Part shown: piece after piece, positions 1-10,510 of the stretch
Layout of the letters: each line of letters opens with the position of its first letter
Position numbering within the stretch: position 1 is the stretch's first letter
Source: Chiloscyllium plagiosum
Lineage: Eukaryota
Length of the DNA stretch: 30,263 bases
Reading direction: 5' to 3'
Assembly: GCF_004010195.1 (NCBI RefSeq)
Contig: NC_057749.1
Coordinates: forward strand, 21,736,331 to 21,766,593
Made by a program: the position numbers and the translations under genes
The notes under the pieces: generated by a model
The model's database searches: none
Seen by the model: only the letters and a program-made list of their open reading frames with translations
What the model was told of the DNA's origin: nothing

Positions 1-545
1 GAGCCCTTCTTCAGGAATGAGGAAAGTGTGTTCAGCAGGCTAGGATAAAAGGTAGGGAGGAGGGACTTGGGGGAGGGGTTTTGGAAATGCGATAGGTGGA
101 GGGAGGTCAAGGTGAGGGTGATAGGCNNNNNNNNNNNNNNNNNNNNNNNNNNNNNTCCAGTTTCCTCATTTCCCCTCCCCCCACCTTCTCTCAGTCAAAT
201 CCCTCAAACTCAGCACCACCTTCCTAACCTGCAATCATCTTCCTGACCTCTCCGTCCCCACCCCACTCCGGCCTATCATCCTCACCTTGACCTCCCTCCA
301 CCTATCGCATTTCCAAAACCCCTTGACCTCCCTCCACCTATCGCATTTCCAAAACCCCTCCTCCAAGTCCCTCCTCCATACCTTTTATCTTAGCCTGCTG
401 AACACACTTTCCTCATTCCTGAAGAAAGGCTTATGCCCGAAACGTCGATTCTCCTGTTCCTTGGATGCTGCCTGACCTGCTGCGCTTTTCCAGCAACACA
501 TTTTCAGCTCTGATCTCCAGCATCTGCAGCCCTCACTTTCTCTCA
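1..545 (+). mobile_element. Penelope-like element terminal repeat (pLTR, family A) with an inverted partial copy; runs off the window edge
   Basis: 1-126 is the reverse complement of ~270-431. Hammerhead-like CTGAAGA-AAGGC-TTAT-GCCC-GAAACGTC at 419-446. Ends CCAGCATCTGCAGCCCTCACTTTC like the copies at 12158 and 17814. A ~36 bp tandem duplication lies at ~285-357; N gap at 127-155. Confidence 0.8.
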
Positions 546-690
546 AAGAGTTTTCTCTGGTGTTGCACTTGGCAACGTCCCTGGAGAATGACCTTCAACT
601 CTTGGCAACTCTAGGCTCCTCTGGACTTGTCAACCAGTGAGAAACATCCAAGTGTCCAAGCGACCTTTGCTCCTTCTGTTGTTGGTGTAG

Positions 691-906
691 GTGAGATGGA
701 CTGCTCAAGGGCTGGAGTCAGTATTATTAGTCAACGTTATCTCAGCATTACTGGAGATCAACAGCCAGAAAGCCAACAACCGGCAAGTTGAAAGTTGGCC
801 GCAGACTGGTCAAGAGGTCAGAGGGCACCATCTGTCCTGCACCTGTACAGGAGCAGGAATCCAGGCTTCAGAAGTTCAGTTGCCTGTGGGAGAAGAGAGC
901 GACTAA
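691..906 (+). pseudogene. Possible degraded Myb/SANT-like (trihelix) ORF of a PIF/Harbinger transposon
   Basis: RWTAQGLESVL...SWPQTGQEV...CT followed by CAGGAGCAGGAAT (QCRK-like) resembles trihelix spacing. Same strand as the putative transposase fossil at 3135-3620. Confidence 0.3.
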
Positions 907-1324
907 ACCAGAGCATTGTGGCGAGGACAGGTCATAGGTTTGAAACCACCCACCAGGTTATGTAACAACTGCTGTAGGACATCCTCTGCACAGCTTCAAC
1001 AGCCCTTGTGAACAGCTTGCATCTGTGTGTATAATCACTGCAGCAATTGGTGCATTTACAGAACAAACACACTCATTCTGCTATCAGCCTTCATTTGGTT
1101 AATCACCAGTTTAATTAATCTAATTAAATCAATTTGCAAAACTATTCAAGTGTAAATGCTGTTTGGTAAACAGAGTTCTGTCTGCCAGCTCAGCAACGGA
1201 GAACCCAGAGATACTGTTTCAACGTTCCAGACATCCAAATTCAAGCCAATCGAAAAGTGGATGATGCTGGAGTCACCTCAGTGCACTTTTGGTGCAATTC
1301 AAGTCAAACTACAGTCAACATTAA

Positions 1325-1446
1325 GGGTTATGGAGATAAGGCAGGAACAGGATACTGATTAGGAATGATCAGCCATGATTATATTGAATGGCGGTACAGG
1401 CTCGAAGGGCTGAATGGCCTACTCCTGCACCTATTGTCTATTGTCA
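1325..1446 (+). mobile_element. CR1-type LINE 3' tail
   Basis: GATCAGCCATGAT...GAATGGCGG...CTCGAAGGGCTGAATGGCCTACTCCTGCACC followed by a short (TATTGTC)n tail. Confidence 0.75.
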
Positions 1447-1623
1447 TAACATCCCTATCTATGAGGGCTTTTCTCCCATCCTACTTTGCAAGGTTTGGAC
1501 CATAGACTTCCGGGCTGAATGGCCTACTCCTGCACCTATTGTCTATTGTCTATTGTCATAACATCCCTATCTATGAGGGCTTTTCTCCCATCCTTCTTTG
1601 CAAGGTTTGGACCATAGACTTCC
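1407..1623. repeat. Tandem duplication (105 bp + 112 bp copies)
   Basis: 1407-1511 is repeated at 1512-1623 with one extra TATTGTC unit and one substitution. Confidence 0.9.
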
Positions 1624-1674
1624 ATTGAGTTTGGTCCATGTTTAGAGGTGAAGCACAGTGATAGTTTTCATTAC

Positions 1675-2003
1675 AGAGGGGCATGGATAGGATGAGTGGC
1701 CAAAGTATTTTTCCCAAGGTAGCGGAGTCCAAAACTAAAGGGCGTAGGTTTAGGGTGAGAGGGGAAAGATATAAAAGGAACCGGAGGGGCGACATTTTCA
1801 TACAGAGGGTGGTACGTGTATGGAATGAGCTGCCGGACGAAGTGGGGGAGGCTGGTACAATTACAACATTTTAAAGGCATCTGAATAGGAAGGGTTGAGA
1901 GAGATATGGGCCAAATGCTAGCAAATGGGGCTAGATTAATTTAGGATATATGGTCGGAATGGACGAACTGGTCTGTTTCCGTGCTGTCCATCTCTATGAC
2001 TCC
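1675..2003 (+). mobile_element. CR1 LINE 3' fragment (end of ORF2 and tail)
   Basis: ORF 1683-1874 SKTKGRRFRVRGERYKRNRRGDIFIQRVVRVWNELP; tail CTCTATGACTC; closely matches 28580-28934. Confidence 0.9.
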
Positions 2004-2065
2004 ATTGTCTGCCCAGGAATCTCTCCGAATTTGACTGCCTGTAATTGGAAAACACATTGGTAAAT

Positions 2066-2400
2066 GGGGAGGTGATTGCCTAGTGGTATTACCACTACTC
2101 TGGTAATCCAGAGACCCAGGTAATATCACAAGCCCTGTGATGGTGACATTTGAATTCAATGAAATAAAACAATCTGGGATTAAGAATCTAGTGGTGACCA
2201 CAAACTAATTGTTGGGGGAAAGCCCCATCTGGGTCACTGATGTCCTTTAGGGAAGGAAACTGCCATCCTTACCTGGTCTGGCCTCCATTTGACTCCAGAC
2301 CCACAGAAATGTGGTTGACTCTTAACTGTGCTCTGGGGCAATTAGGGATGGGCAATAAATGCTGGCCTGGCCAGAGATGCCCTCATGAAATGAATGAAAA
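2066..2400 (+). mobile_element. DeuSINE/SacSINE1-like tRNA-headed SINE with L2-type tail
   Basis: Head GCCTAGTGGTATTA..TAATCCAGAGACCCAGG; core CACTGATGTCCTTTAGGGAAGGAAACTGCCATCCTTACCTGGTCTGGCC; tail GGGATGGGCAATAAATGCTGGCC..TGAATGAA. Matches 4243-4580. Confidence 0.8.
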
Positions 2401-2719
2401 GATACAATTTTCTAGCTGACAACCAAGCTGTTTGAATATAAACGCATGTTCTAAGCCCTTGTATTGGACTCGAATTTGGTATATTTGACCCTGAGCTAGG
2501 AATGCTAACCTTTCGATAAGATTCAACTCCAGCAAGTGACTGCACCACATTATCAGAAGATTTTTTTTTGGGGGCACTGTACCTTGGAAAAGGCACACTG
2601 GGGGGCCATTCTAACCTCTCAGGATAGGGGACACTGAATTAAAGGGGATTTTCATTGTTTAAATAAAGGAGGCTTGTCAGTGGGTGCTTTCTTGAGAGAA
2701 ATGGGGATAATTATACGAG

Positions 2720-2810
2720 CATAAGATATAGGGGCAGAAGGAGGCCAATTCAGCCCAACAAGCCTACTCCTCTATCCAATGAGATCTTGGCTAATCTGAC
2801 CATCCTCAAT
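2720..2810 (-). mobile_element. Old CR1 3' tail fragment
   Basis: CATAAGATATAGGGGCAGAAGGAGGCCAATTCAGCCC..GAGATCTTGGCTAATC resembles the reverse complement of the tail type at 1325-1446. Confidence 0.6.
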
Positions 2811-3134
2811 TTGTCTCATACACAAGAGCAAAGTAATTACAACTAAGGATAAAGCAGTTGATCTACCCCAGCCCCCCCCACCCCACCCTGACGTGAATTG
2901 TTTGGATTTGAAAAATTCTCATCTCTTCTGAATAAGATGGCATCCTCATTGAGCGCACAGGTTCTTTGATTCATTTGCAGCTTTGTAAGAATACGTAGCG
3001 GCTGACTCCTCAACGTTTGAGAATGCCTAAGCCAAAAGTGATTTTGCCATCATCAGCAGATCCTCTCACGACTGGAGTCAGGGGCGAGGCTGGAATGAAC
3101 ACTCAGAGAGGGAACCATTCCTCCTTGCACTGAT

Positions 3135-3620
3135 GGTGCTTGGGGGAACCTCTGTAGCTGCCTGATCTCTGGGTTTCCTCTGGACATATTGGATGTCAGG
3201 AGTTTTAGATGGACCTTGTAACAATGTGGGAACCTGCCTCCTCGTGCTCTGTTTGGCTGCAATCGTTTCCCAAAAGCAATGGGCTGTATTGGGGACATTC
3301 ACATTTAACAAAAACCATGGGTTATAGACAGGAGGAGAAACAGGAAAGCTGTGTGTTAGTGCCTGTTCACAAGGTGAGATGATTCTTGTGCTGGTCAGAA
3401 TACAGTTGTCCTTCTCCGGATGCTTCTACTATTTTGCAAGAGGCACAGGGTAGCTGCTTCATGTATAAAAGCCCCGAGACTTAATAGTTAAAAGTCCCAG
3501 AAACTGCCAAAAGATGGATAAACTGGTTTTATGCAGATTTAAAGTGCCTTAATGCAGACAACTGAGAGACAGCGCCCCCACTGCTCATGGTCCAAACATT
3601 TCTCTGCACTTTGCTTACAC
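3135..3620 (+). pseudogene. Highly degraded PIF/Harbinger (HARBI1-like DDE) transposase fossil
   Basis: Colinear motif remnants: WGNLC (~GDLCG), FPKAMGCIGDIHI 3267-3305 (~FP.V.G.ID.THI), NRK 3339, DASTILQE 3419 (~HDAFIL), G*LL 3448 (~GWLLGDKGY), RF/KCLN 3535 (~RFRCL), CTL 3605 (~C.LHN). Stops, frameshifts and deletions throughout. Confidence 0.5.
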
Positions 3621-3989
3621 TCCCATTTTGTTCAGTTACCTGAGAACCAATCACATGCTTGTTGGCAGGCAACAACCAACTATTGTCACCAATAACCTGT
3701 CACTAGGATAGTGACAAACCAATCAGATACTTGATACCAATCAAACCCCTATTTGTACACAACCTCCATGGCTCCAGTTCGTCTGCATACTGAACGTCAA
3801 TCCCTTTTTTGACTGATGCTTCCAATCAGTGTCAGGTTTCTCACTTCCAAAATATTCACTAATTCTTGGCTACTCTCATTTTAGTCCACAATTAAAAATA
3901 CAGAAAAAATAAAACGACCCAGTCTTTAAAGAGCGATGACTCCCAGACCTCTCACTGATTTATATGATATCCCAGTCTCCCACCATTTG

Positions 3990-4240
3990 AAAAATGTCCA
4001 AACTGTCTTTTCTTCCTAACAGAATGAATAACTTCACATTCCTGCACATCATACACTATCTGTCTCATTGCTGCTTACTCACTTGACCTGTCTATATCCC
4101 ATTTCAGACTCACCCAGTTTATATCATGAGAAAACTTGGATTAAATTGCTCTGGGTCCTTTTATCTAAGTTATTGATGTATGTTGTAAATCACTGAGGCC
4201 CTTGCATTGATCTCCACTGGACTCCACCAAAACCAGACTA
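3990..4240 (-). mobile_element. Old CR1 reverse-transcriptase fragment, interrupted by the SINE at 4243
   Basis: Reverse strand resembles the CR1 RT region (GVPQGSVLGP..IYINDLD..KF.DD.KL) in degenerate form. Confidence 0.55.
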
Positions 4241-4242
4241 CC

Positions 4243-4580
4243 ATGGGAGGTAATGGCCTAGTGGAGTTATCACTCGGATTGTTAATCCAGAGACCCTGCT
4301 AATGTTCTAAGGACCCAGGTTTGAATCTCACTTTGGCAGACAATAGAATTTGAATATTAGGAATTAGGAGTCCAGTGATGACCATGAATCTATTGCTGGG
4401 AGAAAGACCCATCTACTTCACTCATGTCCTTCAGGGAAGGAAACTGCCATCCTTACCTGGTCTGGCCTACATGTGACTCCAGACCCACAGCAATCTGATT
4501 GACTCTTAACTATGCAATTAGGGATTGGCAATAAATGCTGGCCTAGCCAGCGATCCGTACACCCCATGAATAAATAAAAC
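4243..4580 (+). mobile_element. DeuSINE/SacSINE1-like SINE, near full length
   Basis: A-box-like TGGCCTAGTGG, B-box-like GGTTTGAATCTC, same core and CAATAAATGCTGGCCTAGCCAGCGA..ATGAATAAA tail as 2066-2400. Confidence 0.8.
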
Positions 4581-5263
4581 AAAGCCTAAAAATGACTTTT
4601 CTACTCTTACTCTGTGCTTTTTATTCATGGAACCATCCTCAATTTACACTAGCAAAATTGATCAAGGGAAGTTGATGTATGCTGCATATTTGGAATTCCA
4701 TGAATTTTTTGATAACGTTCCCCCAGGAGGATATTCAGTCAAAATTTACACAAATGGGATCGAGGTAATACTGGCATGAATTATTGATGGGCTATAGGCT
4801 GAAAACGGACAATGGGAATAAATGGGATATTCTTGTGTTGGAAGGCTGTGACTAGTGGGGTACCGCAAGGATCAGTACTTGGGCCCCAGCTCTTCACAAC
4901 CTAGATCAATGAATCAGGAATCACGTGTAATATTTCCAAATTTGCAGTGACACAAAGCGAAGTGGGAATGTGTGTTGTGAGGAAGGTGTAAAACATTTTG
5001 CAAGAGGATTTCGACAGGCTTATTGATTGGTCTGATGGAATGTGCTGTGGAAAGATGTGGGGTCATCCTCTCTGGCAGGAGAAGCAGATGTACAGAGTAT
5101 TTCTTAAATGATGTGAGGCTGGATAGGAACATAAGTGTCTTTGTCAGTAAGTTACTGAAGAGTAAAATGCAGGTGCAGCAAGTTATTCAATTGCATAGAA
5201 ACTCAGTTAGACTGCTGTTGGAGTACTGTGTGCAATTTTGGTCTTCTTATCTCAAGAAAGATA

Positions 5264-5592
5264 GGTACATGAATAGAAAGGGTTTAGAGGGATATGGGGC
5301 AAATGCTGGCAAATGGGGCTAGATTAATTTAGGGTATCTAAGTCCAAAGATGTGTAGATTAGGATAAATTGGCCATGCTAAATTGCTCATAGTGTTAGGT
5401 GCATTAGTCAGGGGTAAATGTAGGGTAGTGGAATGGGTCTGGGTGGGTTACTCTTCGGAGGGTCGGTGTGGACTTGTTGGGCCAAAGGGCCTGTTTCCAT
5501 ACTGTAGGGAAGCGAACCTAAAAAAAAATCTGGTCGGCACAGGCGAGTTGCACCATAGGGTCTGTTTCCATGCTGTACATCTCTATGACTCT
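5264..5592 (+). mobile_element. Younger CR1 3' tail nested in the old CR1, 7 bp TSD
   Basis: AAAGATA flanks both sides (5257-5263 and 5593-5599); ends CTCTATGACTCT; itself split by the SINE at 5341. Confidence 0.8.
5341..5528 (+). mobile_element. HE1/V-SINE 3' half
   Basis: AGTCCAAAGATGTG..GGCCATGCTAAATTG..GAATGGGTCTGGGTGGGTTACTCTTCGGAGGGTCGGTGTGGACTTGTTGGGCC; matches 29600-29770 and the reverse complement of 5640-5790. Confidence 0.85.
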
Positions 5593-5632
5593 AAAGATAC
5601 TGTTGCCATGGAGAGAGTGCAACGAAGATTTC

Positions 5633-5930
5633 TTTTAGATTAGATTCCCTACAGTGGGAAAACAGGCCCTTCGGCCCAACCAGTCCACACCGACCCTCTA
5701 AAGATTAACCCACCCAGACCCATTCCCCTAGTAATGCACATATCACTACGGGCAATTTAGCATGGACAATTCACCTGACCTGCACATCTTTGCACTGTGG
5801 GAGGAAACCGGAGCACCCGGAGGAAATCCACGCAGACACGGGGAGAATGTGCAAGTCCGAGGCTGGAATTGTACGTGGGACCGTGACGCTGTGAGGCAGC
5901 AGTGCTAACCACTGAGCCACTGTGCTGCCC
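5633..5930 (-). mobile_element. HE1/V-SINE (tRNA-derived)
   Basis: Minus strand starts GGGCAGCACAGTGGCTCAGTGGTTAGCACTGCTGCCTCACAG; V-domain CTCCCCGTGTCTGCGTGGATTTCCTCCGGGTGCTCCGG; (AATCT)n tail. Confidence 0.9.
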
Positions 5931-6289
5931 CAGACATGTTCCTGGGTTGGTGGGACTGTCCTGTCAGGAGAGATTGGGCAAACTGGGCTGGAGAGTTTCA
6001 TAGAATGAGAAGTGATCTCACTGAAACTTAAGAAAACTCAATGGGATAGACAGGGTGGATTGCAGATAAGGTGTTTTCCTCAATTGGAGAGCCCAGAATA
6101 AGGGCACACTATTTAAAAATAAGAAATGAGAAGATGATTTTTCTTTATTTAGACGGTGGTGAATCTTTGGAATTCTGTGTCCTGACTGGCTGTGGAAGCT
6201 TAGTCTTCGAGTGTGTTTGAGGTAGAGTGTGATTAATGTTTGATTATTTTGAATGTATTGCCCCCGTTGTCATGTGTCCTGATGTTGTA

Positions 6290-6610
6290 TAATAACTTCT
6301 CTCTGGTATCTTTCCAAATGTTTTTGAAAATCCAAATGCATCACATCCACCGGTTCCCTTTTATCCATCTTGCTCATTACACCCTCAAAAAACTTATAGA
6401 TTTATAAAGCACTATTTCCTTATCATAAATCCATCTTCATTCTGCCTATTAGTTCCTTGTTTTATCTCTCATTCCCGATTCTTGTGTCTTGAAGTTGGTG
6501 TCTTCCAAGCAACTGGAACTGTTCTGGAACCAGGTAAATTCTAAAAGATTAATGTCAATACATCCAATCTCTGCAGCCACTTGTTTTAAAACTTCGGGGT
6601 GCAGACCACC
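6290..6610 (-). mobile_element. Old CR1 RT fragments
   Basis: TTTTTGAAAATCCAAATGCATCACATCCACCGGTTCCCTTTTATCCATC reads DKREPVDVMHLDFQK on the minus strand. Confidence 0.7.
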
Positions 6611-6685
6611 AGAGAATCCCTATGGTATAGGAACAGGCTATTCAGCCCAAACCGACTCTCCGAACAGCATCCCACCCAGACCCAC

Positions 6686-7855
6686 TTCTCACTGACCCTC
6701 ACCAACTCTTCACTGACCCCTCACTAACTCCTCACTGACATTCACCATCTCCTCACTGACCCCTCACCGACCCTTCACTGACTCTTACTGACCCCTCACT
6801 GACACTCACCGTCTTATGACTGACCCCTCACTAACTCCTCACTAACCCCTCACCGACCCTTCACTGATCCCTCACCAACCCTCACCATCTCCNNNNNNNN
6901 NNNNNNNNNNNNNNNNNNNNNNNNNNNNNNNNNNNNNNNNNNNNNNNNNNNNNNNNNNNNNNNNNNNNNNNNNNNNNNNNNNNNNNNNNNNNNNNNNNNN
7001 NNNNNNNNNNNNNNNNNNNNNNNNNNNNNNNNNNNNNNNNNNNNNNNNNNNNNNNNNNNNNNNNNNNNNNNNNNNNNNNNNNNNNNNNNNNNNNNNNNNN
7101 NNNNNNNNNNNNNNNNNNNNNNNNNNNNNNNNNNNNNNNNNNNNNNNNNNNNNNNNNNNNNNNNNNNNNNNNNNNNNNNNNNNNNNNNNNNNNNNNNNNN
7201 NNNNNNNNNNNNNNNNNNNNNNNNNNNNNNNNNNNNNNNNNNNNNNNNNNNNNNNNNNNNNNNNNNNNNNNNNNNNNNNNNNNNNNNNNNNNNNNNNNNN
7301 NNNNNNNNNNNNNNNNNNNNNNNNNNNNNNNNNNNNNNNNNNNNNNNNNNNNNNNNNNNNNNNNNNNNNNNNNNNNNNNNNNNNNNNNNNNNNNNNNNNN
7401 NNNNNNNNNNNNNNNNNNNNNNNNNNNNNNNNNNNNNNNNNNNNNNNNNNNNNNNNNNNNNNNNNNNNNNNNNNNNNNNNNNNNNNNNNNNNNNNNNNNN
7501 NNNNNNNNNNNNNNNNNNNNNNNNNNNNNNNNNNNNNNNNNNNNNNNNNNNNNNNNNNNNNNNNNNNNNNNNNNNNNNNNNNNNNNNNNNNNNNNNNNNN
7601 NNNNNNNNNNNNNNNNNNNNNNNNNNNNNNNNNNNNNNNNNNNNNNNNNNNNNNNNNNNNNNNNNNNNNNNNNNNNNNNNNNNNCCCCTCACTGAACATC
7701 ACCATCTCCTCACTGATCCCTCACTGACCGATCACTGATCCCTCACTGACCCCCACACTAACCCTCAATATCGCCTCACCTTCTCCTCACTGCCCTCTCA
7801 CTGACTCACACTGACCCCTCACCGACCCCTCATGACCCTCACCTTCTCCTCACTA
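6686..7855. repeat. Degenerate C-rich tandem repeat (CTCACTGACC-like units) spanning N gap 6893-7684
   Basis: Repeated CCTCACTGAC/CCTCACC motifs on both sides of the gap. Confidence 0.85.
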
Positions 7856-8854
7856 TCTGTGCCATCTAAAATATCAAAGAGCCCAGTGCTGGCTGTGTGA
7901 CAGGATTTCTCTGGACTCCTTTCCCCCCCAGTAATCAGTATAACGTTGGTATGGTACAGGGCAACAAAACCCAGACTGACATTCACTGACACTTTCTACC
8001 CCACCCCCCTCAGATATTCCCTTTCCATTTCTGATCACCCTAGGTTCTATTGATTCAGTCAAATCCTCACAGCGTCTTTGACATGCGGGTTGTGGCTGAC
8101 GGTTCCACGACACAGTGTGAAGATTGTGGGACTGACTGCAGGCAGTGCCTCAGAACACAGCTCTCCACATATTCACATTCAATTAACGACTGCACACATT
8201 CAATGGGAGGCCTTTAATCTTTCATTTTACCAATTGCTGGTGATTAGTGCAGCCACATCTCACACCAAGACAGCATTCAGATAATATATGAACTGATTAA
8301 AATTGTCAAATTACTCTGAATAATTCTATTTTTCATTCCTAAGTAACACTTGGATGGGATTATAAAACTTCATTTAGACCCCGTCACCATGGATTGTCAG
8401 TGGTGGGAAATAAATTAGGGGGGAAACTGGAACTATGCTCCTGCAGACCGGCAGTCAGCTTTAACTGCTGTGTAAGTGTTCTCTCAAAGCTGGTGAGGGC
8501 ATCATTCAGCTCATCGGTATCTGGTAAATGGCTAAATTATGGAAGTAATTATGTCTGCCTTTGAAATTTGTTTCTTCTCTCAGTGCAGCTGCTATACGTT
8601 GAGCTCGGAGTCACAGCCTGCTAACAGCATAGATGGAGGCCATTCGCTCCATCGTCTCAGTACTAGCTCACCGCAAAACAAACTCAGCAATTCCCGTACC
8701 CTGACTTTTCCCTTTGCTCTGTAATTTTTTTTTTAGATTTTTCTTTTGTTGATTGTCCAGTTCTCTTTCGAACTGAGTCTGCATTCTCCATGCACCGAGA
8801 CTTTGCCTTCCAGACTCTGACCCCTCACTGTGTAAATAAATTCTTCCTCAAGTC

Positions 8855-9243
8855 TAGAATTCTAGAATCACAGAATCATAGAATTATTGAATGGCTGAAC
8901 TATAGAATTACAGAATCGTAGAACTATATAATTACAGAATCACAGTATTATAGAATTACAGAATCATAGAATGATAGAATCATAGAATCAAACAATCGTG
9001 GAATTATAGAATTACAGAATCATAGAATCATAGACTCATAAAATCACAGAATTGTAGAATGATAGAATCACACAATTGTGCAATTATAGAATCACAGAAT
9101 CGTAGAATTACAGAATGGTAGAATCATATAATCACAGAATTATTGAATTGTATTATCACAGAATCTTAGAATTATAGAATTACAGAATCATAGAATCATA
9201 GATTCTGAAAATTATAGAATCAGAGAATCATGCATTCATAGAA
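8855..9243. repeat. Degenerate 8 bp microsatellite (ATAGAATC/ACAGAATT)n
   Basis: About 45-50 units; reverse complement of the (GATTCTAT)n type of CR1 tail. Confidence 0.9.
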
Positions 9244-9249
9244 CCTTCC

Positions 9250-9545
9250 TTTGTTTGGGCTTGACCTTCGATCAATGTCCTCTGCGTCTCGATTCTTTCG
9301 CTAATGGGAACAGCTTTTCTACATCGAAATAATTTTGAAAACTTCTTTCCTCACCTGCTCTTCTCAAGGGAAAACAATCCCAACTTCTCCCATCTATCCT
9401 CACTCCTGTCACTCCTCCTTCCCGGAAACAGTCTCATAGACCTCTTAGGTACGCTCTCCAACGCCTTCACATCCAAACTGAAATGCAGAGCCCAGAATTG
9501 TATTCAACAATCCAGGAGCGATCCAGCCAGACTTGATACAGATTG
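9250..9545 (-). mobile_element. Old CR1 ORF2 C-terminal fragment
   Basis: CTGCTCTTCTCAAGGGAAAACAATCCCAACTTCTCC (EKLGLFSLEKSR) and GCCCAGAATTGTATTC (IQFWA) on the minus strand. Confidence 0.7.
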
Positions 9546-9569
9546 ATCATGACTCCCTTGCTTGGAGAG

Positions 9570-9710
9570 AGCAGTAGGGTAGAGAGATTTAGGTCTGAGG
9601 TAAGAAGACATTTCTTCACCCAAAGTGGGGTGAGCTCATAGCAGTTTCTGTCATAGAAAGTGGTTGAGGCCAAATGATTGAGTGTTTTCAAGAGGGAGTT
9701 AGATGTAGTT
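9570..9710 (+). mobile_element. CR1 3' fragment
   Basis: GAGAGATTTAGGTCTGAGGTAAGAAGACATTTCTTCACCCAAAG..TTTTCAAGAGGGAGTTAGAT. Confidence 0.65.
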
Positions 9711-10170
9711 ATAGAGTCATAGAGTCATAGAGTCATACAGCATGGAAACAGACTCTTTAGTTAAACTAGTCCCACTTGTCTGCACTTGACCAATCTCCCC
9801 CAAATCTTTCCTATTCATGTACCTAACCAAATGTCTTTAAAATGTAACTGTACCCACATCCACCACTTCCTCTGGCAGTTCATTCTGCGCACGAACCAAC
9901 ATCTGTGTAAAAAAGTTGTCCTTCATGTCTTTTTTAAAACCTTCTCCTCCCACCTTAAAAATATGCCCCCTAGTTTTACAATCCTCCACCCAAGGGAAAA
10001 ACCACTTGCCATTCACCCTATCTGTACCCCTCATGATGTAATAAACTTCTATAAGGTCACCCCTCAACCTTTTACCCTCTAGTAAAAACAGCCCCGGCCT
10101 ATCCAGCCTCTCCTGAGAACTCAAACCTTCCATTCCCAGCAAGATCCTGGTAAATCCTTTCTGAACATTT
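9711..10170 (-). mobile_element. CR1 3' fragment with (ATAGAGTC)n tail
   Basis: ORF 9837-10142 ERLDRPGLFLLEGKRLRGDLIEVYYIMRGTDRV..TRGHIFKV. Confidence 0.9.
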
Positions 10171-10510
10171 TACTAAATATCAAAAAAAAATTCTTTTTCT
10201 TCCAGGCATCTCCCACAACACAATATCTTCTCTGTTAATTAAGGTCAAGAATGGGTCTCGGCCAGGTCTCATCCACCCATCTGTTCCTCTTCTTTTATTT
10301 CTCTTTATCTTTCTTTTTGGGTCTTTTTAGCTCGTTTTCTCTCTTCTTGACCTCTGACCTTGCAGCCTCCAACCTCCTGACCCTGGACCTCGCAACCTCG
10401 TAACATCCAGCCTCAGCTCAGGCCTGGTGTGTTATCATATAATCACAGAATTATTAAATTGTTTAATCACAGAATTGTAGAATTGTAGAATTATAGAATC
10501 ACAGAATCTT

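Larger units (their letters stand above)
4660..6240 (+). mobile_element. Old CR1 ORF2 (RT to 3' end) carrying nested insertions
   Basis: GTGACTAGTGGGGTACCGCAAGGATCAGTACTTGGGCCCCAG (VTSGVPQGSVLGPQ), ISKFA, LLEYCVQFWS, MERVQRRF, and a degenerate 3' end at 5930-6240. Confidence 0.85.

Noticed and set aside
3070..3086. GACTGGAGTCAGGGGC resembling the 23 bp minisatellite unit
   Set aside because: Single short match with no flanking homology; likely chance.
6850..7705. 280 aa and 277 aa ORFs
   Set aside because: Almost entirely N gap.
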